From: a virus
Virus record (IMG/VR): IMGVR_UViG_3300027708_000026
Coordinates: 80,908 to 144,907 of that record
Direction: 5' to 3' (one strand)
DNA length: 64,000 bases
The notes below the pieces were generated by a model. That model made no database searches, was not told the DNA's origin, and saw only the letters and a list, made by a program, of their open reading frames with translations. Shown piece after piece: positions 58,001 to 64,000 of this stretch. The translations under genes were made by a program, and so were the position numbers. Numbering within the stretch: position 1 is the first letter of the stretch; each line of letters starts with the position of its first letter.

Positions 58001-60383
58001 TGCTAGATTGTATTCCAATACCGCCTGCGCCCGCAACAGAACCAGAACCGGCGGCGCCAACGGCTCCTGCTCCACCACCACCGCCACCCGGAAACGGAGT
58101 GCTATTGACACCAGCCCCGCCGTTATTGCCTTGACTGGGGCTAGTGCTTGGTGTGTTACCCGCACCACCACCGCCGGTGCTTAAATAATTTCCGCCTCCA
58201 CCAGAGCCTCCCGAGCCGGCGGTGCCGGCAGAAGAGGCACCACCACCGCCACCACCACCAGTTGCAGTTATTGATGCAAACACAGAATCGAGACCGTTTG
58301 CACCTGTTCCTGACCCACCCGTAGCGCCTGCGCCGACTGTGACTGTGTATGCCACTCCGGTAGATACTGCATAACTGGATGAAGAAAGATAACCACCGGC
58401 ACCACCGCCACCTTGACCGCCACCGTTTGTTGTTCCACCACCGGCACCACCACCGCCAACCACTAGATATTCTACGGTAGGTGGTGGCAACATAACACCG
58501 CCAGCGCCCACAGTGACCGCATAACAGTTGCCCGCAATCACTGGATAGTTGTTGATATAGGCCAATCCGCCACCGCCACCACTTGCACCAGCAGCAGCCC
58601 CGCCACCGCCAGGATATCCGCCATTGGAACCGCAGCCACATGCGCCACCGCTGCCGCCGTAGCCATAATAATGTCCACCTGGAGAATTTGCACCCGGCGC
58701 ACCGTTCGTGCCCTGTCCAAATATTCCCGTACCACCACCACCGCCATAATTAGTACCGTCGAAAGTTCCGCCGCCCCCGCCGCCAGATATTGATGTAGTG
58801 GTGGATGTGTTTAGGACCAGCGAGAAATTTATTGTCCCCGATGCTGTGAATATATATGTCCTAAATCCACCTGACGCAACATATGTAGCACTGGTTATTG
58901 CCGCCGCAAATGTATCTGGATAACGCACGATCACTACCCCGGAACCACCGTTACCGCCAATGTTGTAACCACCGCCAGTAGTGGACCTACCAGCACCACC
59001 GCCGCCACCTGTGTATGGTGTGCCGGAAAAACCAGTGGCATTTGCACTATTACCCGCTGCGCCACCTCCGTAGCCACCCAAGGACTGCGCACAGTTGGAT
59101 ACGCCAGAACCGCCACCACCAAAATAAACACTGTTTGTGGCAGTGATATACTGACCAACTGCCAATGTTATGGCCAATGAAGTACTTATGATAGTGGTTG
59201 CAGTGCCAACACCACCAGCACCGCCGGGCGACGATGCACCATTAGCACCAACGCCTCCAGCACCGCCACCACCAGCACCTGCATATCCAGGCGCTGTATT
59301 AAGTCCGCTGCCGCCCGCAAATCCAAAACATGCACCCGTTTTGGCGCCGGGGCTGCTGCCATTATTGGCTGCACCGCCGCCGCTGCCGCCGCTGCCCCCG
59401 GCTCGGACAGTGGTTGCAACTCCAGTCCAACCACCACCATAGCCGCCGCCCAGGGCAGTCAATCCAAATGCCACAGAATCTTGACCGTTTGATCCACCTG
59501 TGGCATTGCCCGAGCCGCCTTGGCCAACAGTGATACCATAAACTGTAGCACTCACTGCCGCAGATCCTAGGCGCACACCACCGGCACCGCCACCGCCAGC
59601 GTTGTCAGTACAGGCTTTGCTGGTGCCGCCAGATCCGCCGCCAGCCACTATGAGATATTCAACTGTGGTGGGGAGACTAGATGCACCCACCATGGGATAG
59701 CCGCTGCCACCCACAGTGCCGTAGCCACCAGCACCGCCAGCACCTGACAGTGTATTGCCGCCAGCACCACCAGCGCCTACCACAAATCCTGTATAGCCAG
59801 TGCCCGTGCCGCCCGCACCCCCGCCAGCCACATCGTTGAGGTTGTAACCACCCGCACCCCCAAAAGCAGCCAAAGCACCTGTGTTGATGAATGTACTGGT
59901 ACCACCTGATGGCGCACGAGTTCCCGCAGTTACTGGCATGCCACCACCGCCACCACCTATGGCCAGGACACTGACTGAAGTGACTCCTGTGGGAGCCCGC
60001 CAGGTATAACTGCCCGGCGAGGTGTATGTGGTGCTGCTGTTGGCCACCAGTGTGGTGACGGCCACACTGGTACTGGCCGCGCTGGTGCCTGCATCAGTGA
60101 TGGCTGCTATGGAGATGTTATAGCCAGTGAATGTGCTCAGTCCCACTACTGTGATGCCAGTGGCTGTGATGGATGATATCACACCACCCACAGGCGATGT
60201 TGACACCGTGTAGCCCGTGATGGGCAAGCCACTGGTAGCGGTATTGGCAGTGTAGGTGACCAGCACAGTGGTCTGCCCAGTGGCCACAATGCTGTTGATA
60301 GTGGGCGCACCGGGAGGATAGATGTTGTTGGTAACTACAGTGGCGCCACTGAACACAACTCCACCTGTCATTACAATTCCCAT
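55089..60383 (-). CDS. Giant FN3/Gly-rich adhesin-like protein (1764 aa)
   Basis: FN3 repeats, three VRIVW-type and two VEYL...IRYP-type Gly-rich modules; TATAAATA at 60413-60420. Confidence 0.75.
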   Translation of the reverse strand: MGIVMTGGVVFSGATVVTNNIYPPGAPTINSIVATGQTTVLVTYTANTATSGLPITGYTVSTSPVGGVISSITATGITVVGLSTFTGYNISIAAITDAGTSAASTSVAVTTLVANSSTTYTSPGSYTWRAPTGVTSVSVLAIGGGGGGMPVTAGTRAPSGGTSTFINTGALAAFGGAGGYNLNDVAGGGAGGTGTGYTGFVVGAGGAGGNTLSGAGGAGGYGTVGGSGYPMVGASSLPTTVEYLIVAGGGSGGTSKACTDNAGGGGAGGVRLGSAAVSATVYGITVGQGGSGNATGGSNGQDSVAFGLTALGGGYGGGWTGVATTVRAGGSGGSGGGAANNGSSPGAKTGACFGFAGGSGLNTAPGYAGAGGGGAGGVGANGASSPGGAGGVGTATTIISTSLAITLAVGQYITATNSVYFGGGGSGVSNCAQSLGGYGGGAAGNSANATGFSGTPYTGGGGGAGRSTTGGGYNIGGNGGSGVVIVRYPDTFAAAITSATYVASGGFRTYIFTASGTINFSLVLNTSTTTSISGGGGGGTFDGTNYGGGGGTGIFGQGTNGAPGANSPGGHYYGYGGSGGACGCGSNGGYPGGGGAAAGASGGGGGLAYINNYPVIAGNCYAVTVGAGGVMLPPPTVEYLVVGGGGAGGGTTNGGGQGGGGAGGYLSSSSYAVSTGVAYTVTVGAGATGGSGTGANGLDSVFASITATGGGGGGGASSAGTAGSGGSGGGGNYLSTGGGGAGNTPSTSPSQGNNGGAGVNSTPFPGGGGGGAGAVGAAGSGSVAGAGGIGIQSSITGTATYYAGGGGAGGRTGATGGLGGTGGGGNGALVTNTNGGNATPNTGGGGGGSSQSSGTVLGGNGGSGIVVIRYPDIYLPATSTTGNPTITVSGGYRTYIWTTVGSGTITFGSLTTSIGGGGIVRIVWPGAARSFPSTNVGNCGTSISAVPSAPTAVITSATSTGTISVAWTTPIYPGFTPITSYTVIATPFGQTQSASASPIVMTVDSSTYYTFQVYATNSLGTGTISTASTVTFPFGSQAVTEASYTTPGSYTWKAPATVSSVSVVAVGGGGGGGASGGQGGASYFAASGTLQASGGGGGFRGSNAGGYIGGGTGSGTARTGGGTGGAGGIACNGANGGAGGGAGGYSGNGGGGGAWNASTGSAGTGGAGGGGGASGQYSGGGGGVGLFGQGSNGAGGTWAAGNAVGGGGGSCGVAGGTSTVSGVGGAGGAYGGGGGAGANGGCGHGGGSGGALAYGNNIAVTPNSCYAVVVGARGTKGSSCSGGLGGSGAVRIVWPGTTRSFPSTNVTVACTTPKLASGYSPPAFVTVTTVTNFSLGTIAVSVSNTGSTSAILPTYQFTAVTTPGNSSGTVSVVNGLLTGTVYISGLTNNTTYTVTGYATNLAGTTTSTNTLSITTNGVPGSPTIAAITGTSSSTVSVAVTAPVNTGGLSITGYTVIASPGSFSGTTVSGNVVTVSGLTSGVAYSFVAYASNAAGQGPGSAVSTGTPWGNALYINTGTFSWVAPLGVTSVSVVAVGGGGTGRMKCAAQVSGGASSFALTSPSTTYVSAGGGAGGSYGATGGAGGTVGVGTGFAGGAGGGGNGCQQGGGGGAGGYTAAGGVGGFGGGAAGAASTGGGGGGGNGTGMGGGGVGLYGLGCNGTGGGGGGSGGSAGGAQTSGTGGKGGTYGGGTGASVIGGGAMAGGGAGALAYANNVSVTPGASYTVIVGAGGATGNCPQSPGGVGAVRIVWSGATRSFPSTNVSGAF

Positions 60384-60543
60384 AAGCTAGCTGATTCCCT
60401 GTAAGTATATGATATTTATACATATAGAACACTAGCGAATTAAATTTTTTTAAGCGATAGGGCGAGTCAAGAGCAGCCCCCAGCAGAGCGCGAAGCGCAG
60501 AAAATTGTCAGCGACTTTTTTTTGATTATTAAATACATACATA

Positions 60544-60780
60544 ATGACAAGACAGATACGCTTTCCATCAGCTACTAGCAGTGGATCAAGACTGCTGCTG
60601 ACGCGCCATCAAGTATTGACATGGTGTGGTAAACACAGTATACTCTACAGTGAGCACTGGGACAACAGTGAATACACGGTGAGTCTAACAGACGAGAAAA
60701 TGCTAACACTGTTTATGTTAGCGTGGCAGGGTGAAGAATTCTATATAGAGACTGAAAAATTTGTCCAAAAAATTTTTTAG
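60544..60780 (+). CDS. Small hypothetical protein
   Basis: 78 aa, W...H and TLFML.W; TAAATA 8 nt upstream. Confidence 0.5.
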   Translation: MTRQIRFPSATSSGSRLLLTRHQVLTWCGKHSILYSEHWDNSEYTVSLTDEKMLTLFMLAWQGEEFYIETEKFVQKIF

Positions 60781-60856
60781 TCTAGTAGAATGCTTGACCC
60801 GAAGGCATTTTTCACTGTATAATCACGTAGACATAACCTAATGGAATGACCAATAT

Positions 60857-61117
60857 ATGAACTATAATTTTTTAAACCTAACCAATGCCAACCCCAATAA
60901 CTTGGGAGAACGAGTGGCCATACGCAGAAACCTCATAGTCAGCGTGTTTACAGCCCAAGTGGTAAGAGATGGTACGGATGTGCCCACGCCAGTGACATGT
61001 GTGTTCGCACCGCCGCACGGCACTTGGGAAGTGCAGGAAAGCTACAAGGACGTGTTCGCACAGTTGAACAAGACTGAGGATGGTGTGGGCTACACGGCAG
61101 CAGCAGCCAAGGCATAG
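60857..61117 (+). CDS. Small protein, FlbD/SwrD-like by pattern
   Basis: FL.LT.......VAI...LI.SV......T......G.W.V.ES..DV...L; TTGACC-18-TATAAT at 60794-60823. Confidence 0.45.
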   Translation: MNYNFLNLTNANPNNLGERVAIRRNLIVSVFTAQVVRDGTDVPTPVTCVFAPPHGTWEVQESYKDVFAQLNKTEDGVGYTAAAAKA

Positions 61118-61134
61118 TGTGTGATCGGGTTGGA

Positions 61135-61366
61135 AGCTGAGCTAGCGCTCAGCTGAATCGGGCCACGAAATACCGGCGCGGCCCCGATTCTATAGTGTAC
61201 CTAAAATTTTGGGGCGCAAAAAATAAAAGACCTGGAGATCTAGATCTACCGGTTTCTACTATAAGTCGGGTTTTTTACGGTGGAGATTTTAAGAATAATT
61301 GGCATGCTTGCTTGCAAAGCTGCAAGCAAGTTTGGATTATATACTCCACCACCCCACCACCCACCA
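61135..61366. other. Non-coding hairpin cluster between convergent genes
   Basis: Inverted repeats 61135-42/61147-54, 61155-62/61183-90 and 61307-16/61321-30; palindrome 61236-47; CCA-rich tract 61346-61366. Confidence 0.6.
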
Positions 61367-61369
61367 GGG

Positions 61370-61636
61370 TCAGTCTTCTTCCACCTGCTCTCGGATGTCC
61401 AACACCATGGCAGTGTCTCCGTAGAGATCAAAGCCTTCAGCAGTCAGCTCCTCCACGGCCTCCGACAAGAGCTGTTCTACCAAGCGTACCCTAGCGGCCT
61501 GTGCAGTGTCCCGACGGCGCTGTACGCCGCTGCCCACCTTGTAGACTAGTGCGTAGTGCTGCTCACAGTAGTGCTTGTCCTGTAGTGCCGGTGCTGTACA
61601 TCCCTCGCCCCCGCCGATGTATGTGCATGTGGTCAT
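61370..61636 (-). CDS. Small Cys/His protein (C...C...YC..H, GcrA-C-terminus-like Zn motif)
   Basis: CTYIG....CTAP......YCEQH...VY. Confidence 0.5.
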   Translation of the reverse strand: MTTCTYIGGGEGCTAPALQDKHYCEQHYALVYKVGSGVQRRRDTAQAARVRLVEQLLSEAVEELTAEGFDLYGDTAMVLDIREQVEED

Positions 61637-61640
61637 AGTG

Positions 61641-61889
61641 TTAGTCCTCTTCCCTTACCTTCAGCACCATGCTCAGCAGCTCATCGCGCTGTGCTTGGGT
61701 CATGTCTGCCATCATGTCCATGGTGCTGACCACACCCTGCTCCACTCCCTGATGGAAGTTGACGATGTTGCTGGCCACAGTCAAGGCTATGATGCACCAG
61801 AAGTTGACATCGTCCACATGTATGTCCATGACCCATAACACCGCTCCCAGAGCGAATGTTATGCCCCACTGTTGTAGGCTGGTGTTCAT
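61641..61889 (-). CDS. Small membrane protein (start MNTSL)
   Basis: Two hydrophobic segments; ATGA overlap with the ATPase stop. Confidence 0.55.
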   Translation of the reverse strand: MNTSLQQWGITFALGAVLWVMDIHVDDVNFWCIIALTVASNIVNFHQGVEQGVVSTMDMMADMTQAQRDELLSMVLKVREED

Positions 61890-62752
61890 GCTCGCTTCAT
61901 ACAAGTGGTCTTAGCCATCGTAGTCCAGTTAGTGGGAAAGCTCTTGCGGAGATCCGCCAGCTTCAATACCATGCGCAGGCTCAGCTCGCGCAGTCGATCC
62001 TTGTTGGCATCCACGAAGTCGATGAGTTCGTCTCGCACACAGTCGGCAAAGTCATAACGCTCCAGCATGGAGGGGGCAATCTGTTTGATGCGCAGGATCT
62101 TCTCCCGTTGTGTGTCCATCTGCAGATCCACATAGTGGCAGCGTGACTCTAGTGCATCCAAGTGTCCCCGCAGCTTCTTGCTACGGACGTGCTCGAACTT
62201 GATATTGGTGATGAATATGGCCGCACCCTTGAACTCAAAGCGGTCGGGAATGCCTTCACTACGCAGGATTCTGCTGTCTGTGTTCCAGCTGATAAAGCGG
62301 CGTGCTGAGCTGTCCAGTGCGCCTTTCAGCGTGTTCAAGCTCTGCTCTTCCATCAAGATGTCGTCACAGTCGTCGAACACCACCACATTGCCTTCCGCGG
62401 CGAACTCATATAGTTTGGCATAGAGGCCGATGGCACTCATAGCACCTTTGACGATCTCGTACTTGGCCTTGCGCTCTGCCAAGACATCTAAGAGGCCAGC
62501 CTTTTCCAGCTGGTACTCTACGCCATAGCTCTTGCCCACTCCTGGGGGACCTGATACGATCATAGCACGGATGTTGCCGTTGCGTACTGCCTTGGTCATC
62601 TCGTCCAAGATCTCAAAGCGTTCGCTCAAACGCGTCAGGATCTCTTGATCCGTCTCGCGTGCCACTGCCTGCTCTGTGCGCTTGATCGCCTCTTGATCAA
62701 ACTCCAGGATGTTGGTGCCTGCGTCGGGTTTACGTGATGCCTTTGTTGCCAT
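61886..62752 (-). CDS. AAA+ family ATPase
   Basis: GPPGVGKS, VVVFDDCD, IFITN sensor, ALESR Arg finger. Confidence 0.85.
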   Translation of the reverse strand: MATKASRKPDAGTNILEFDQEAIKRTEQAVARETDQEILTRLSERFEILDEMTKAVRNGNIRAMIVSGPPGVGKSYGVEYQLEKAGLLDVLAERKAKYEIVKGAMSAIGLYAKLYEFAAEGNVVVFDDCDDILMEEQSLNTLKGALDSSARRFISWNTDSRILRSEGIPDRFEFKGAAIFITNIKFEHVRSKKLRGHLDALESRCHYVDLQMDTQREKILRIKQIAPSMLERYDFADCVRDELIDFVDANKDRLRELSLRMVLKLADLRKSFPTNWTTMAKTTCMKRA

Positions 62753-62780
62753 AGTGTTCCTTGTTTATTAATGAGTGTGT

Positions 62781-62809
62781 ATTATAACAGGGGATCGCTC
62801 CCCTGTCTA
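62781..62809 (-). promoter_or_regulatory. sigma70-type early promoter with palindromic spacer
   Basis: TAGACA-17-TATAAT; ACAGGGGA/TCCCCTGT inverted repeat. Confidence 0.75.
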
Positions 62810-62812
62810 TAT

Positions 62813-63146
62813 TTAATCTGCCCGGCTACCTGCGTAGGCCCGCTCAATGCCCATCTTACGTAGGACTTCAGCGTAGGCGCTGGCACCTGCCTCTTTAACG
62901 CTCATGCTCTGGGTACCGTGTCCCGCCCGAGGGATTCCACAGCTGGAGTCCGCCGCCGTATGCGGGCTTGAAGCCTACACGTTTCAGCGCACGGCCCAGT
63001 TTAGTACTGCCCTTCTCGTAGACTGTGACCCAAGCAAAGCCGCAGTACCAGTCTTCGCCGTGCTGGGCGATGTAGTCCTGTGCAGCCTGCTCAGCGGCAG
63101 CAGAAGCAGTGTTGTGGATGGATTCAATATTGTCTAGTGCGATCAT
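62813..63146 (-). pseudogene. Early gene frameshifted by a 4-bp tandem duplication
   Basis: CCCG-CCCG at 62922-62929. Removing one copy gives ...WNPSGHGTQSMSVKEAGASAYAEVLRKMGIERAYAGSRAD* ending at 62813, next to the following promoter. Confidence 0.65.
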
Positions 63147-63173
63147 GCTCAGCTCCTTAGTGTGTAAGCCTGT

Positions 63174-63202
63174 ATTATACAGCCGTTTCAGCGGCTTGTC
63201 AA
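63174..63202 (-). promoter_or_regulatory. sigma70 consensus early promoter
   Basis: TTGACA-17-TATAAT; the spacer contains an AGCCG/CGGCT inverted repeat. Confidence 0.85.
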
Positions 63203-63396
63203 TCCTTTTTCTTCACATTCACTGTGAAAAATCCCTTGATGATGATAGCAGCCGCCCAAGTCTCAAGGGTGTAGGGAATGGCCAGTGAGGGGAACAATGT
63301 GTTTAATGCCCATACACCCAGCCAGGGTCCGAAGACCACAAGGGCAATGATGAGGGCGGAGAATAGCAAGATGCCAAAGATTGAATCGACTTTCAT
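63199..63396 (-). CDS. Small membrane protein
   Basis: Hydrophobic; W.LNTLFP.L.IPY..ETW.A. Confidence 0.65.
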   Translation of the reverse strand: MKVDSIFGILLFSALIIALVVFGPWLGVWALNTLFPSLAIPYTLETWAAAIIIKGFFTVNVKKKD

Positions 63397-63405
63397 TTTA
63401 TTTCC

Positions 63406-63627
63406 TTACAGTGTGAATTGGTTGAGAATTTCTTTAGCCTCTGTGACATTCACAGTGACCTCGTCAGCGAAGGCCATGACCATCAGTTGGATCAGTGTGC
63501 GGCACTCCTTGCGTTCTGCTTTAGGCAGAGTAGCGATGAATGCCTCCACAGCATCGTATTCCTCCAGGGTCCACATGATGTCGCAAAGTGCCTTTTGTTT
63601 AGGGTTCAGTCCAGGGATAGTGATCAT
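63406..63627 (-). CDS. Small hypothetical protein
   Basis: 73 aa, coupled to an upstream mini-ORF. Confidence 0.65.
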   Translation of the reverse strand: MITIPGLNPKQKALCDIMWTLEEYDAVEAFIATLPKAERKECRTLIQLMVMAFADEVTVNVTEAKEILNQFTL

Positions 63628-63716
63628 TTCATGCTCCAGAAGTAAAGGATAAAGGGAAAGCCAATTGTGGCTGCGATTAGTGTGGCCTGGGCCAGTTCTT
63701 TAAGTGCTTGTTTCAT
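63624..63716 (-). CDS. 30-aa hydrophobic peptide MKQALKELAQATLIAATIGFPFILYFWSMK (absent from the ORF track)
   Basis: The ATG is 6 nt after the -10 box, and the stop overlaps the next ATG (ATGA). Confidence 0.6.
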   Translation of the reverse strand: MKQALKELAQATLIAATIGFPFILYFWSMK

Positions 63717-63722
63717 GTGTGT

Positions 63723-63751
63723 ATTATACAATCAATCTGCCATCATGTCAA
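63723..63751 (-). promoter_or_regulatory. sigma70 consensus early promoter
   Basis: TTGACA-17-TATAAT. Confidence 0.85.
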
Positions 63752-63989
63752 CCATTCCGTATTCGCTGCGGCGGTCGATACCTTCGTGTGGGCAGTAGAT
63801 CTCGCTGAGTTGCCAGCACTCTACGAACTCTTTGTTGCGGCCCCAGGTGATATCGTCCGAGGTGTAGAACCCAGCATCCATCAGCCTATTAAAAATCTTC
63901 AAGGGAGCATCCAGTTCGAAGATACAGTGAACATCGTGTAACTTCAGGACTTCTACGACCTGATCATAGGTGATGTAGTAAGGGTTCAT
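63732..63989 (-). CDS. Small hypothetical protein
   Basis: 85-aa ORF co-oriented with the early genes. Confidence 0.5.
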   Translation of the reverse strand: MNPYYITYDQVVEVLKLHDVHCIFELDAPLKIFNRLMDAGFYTSDDITWGRNKEFVECWQLSEIYCPHEGIDRRSEYGMVDMMAD

Positions 63990-64000
63990 ATGGCTCGGAA

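Noticed and set aside
46555-60383. Frequent Chi-like GCTGGTGG octamers on the coding strand
   Set aside because: Expected from Ala-Gly-Gly codons; the host Chi sequence is unknown and enrichment was not computed.
46722-60432. Many Pro-rich, His/Arg-rich or Val/Ala-rich ORFs in the track overlapping the giant genes
   Set aside because: They are antisense or alternate-frame shadows of GGN Gly codon runs, with no independent start signals.
61195-61549. Plus-strand ORFs 61195-61494 and 61280-61549, and minus-strand 61246-61431
   Set aside because: They overlap the better-supported 61370-61636 gene and the hairpin region, and are not protein-like.
1-64000. CRISPR array, tRNA genes, introns/inteins, stop-codon reassignment
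   Set aside because: No regularly spaced repeats or cloverleaf seen. Terminase, helicases and UvsX are uninterrupted and of ordinary length. TAA, TAG and TGA all end genes normally.

Overview
A 64 kb segment of a large contractile-tailed dsDNA phage (distant T4-like myovirus) that uses the standard genetic code. From left to right it contains: (1) 1-10.5 kb, tail-fibre/adhesin genes (LamG, FN3, Gly-rich, and a 1958-aa fibre with a C-terminal autocleaving chaperone); (2) 10.5-30 kb, a morphogenesis block (Nudix, gp15/gp14/gp13-like neck proteins, dNMP kinase, sheath, tube, gp54/48-like, gp4-like nuclease, terminases, probable internal head proteins); (3) 30-44 kb, a replication/recombination block (gp32 SSB, UvsX, UvsY, UvsW, gp62-like, a 195-aa DnaE-palm-only protein, primase, gp41-like helicase); (4) 44-46.5 kb, accessory genes (YqgE/AlgH, Pol-beta-like nucleotidyltransferase, 2OG-Fe(II) oxygenase); (5) 46.5-60.4 kb, three giant tandem Gly-rich/FN3/LamG proteins; (6) 60.4-61.4 kb, a hairpin- and A-tract-rich junction, followed by GC-richer small early genes under sigma70-type promoters. 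The most notable observations are: LamG and Gly-rich modules nested in frame inside other domains in four adhesin genes; a miniature, apparently split C-family polymerase; TAAATA and sigma70 promoters placed 4-8 nt before start codons across the window (leaderless mRNAs); a structured ssb leader; and two frameshifted genes. All family assignments come from motif recognition by eye; no database searches or computations were run.
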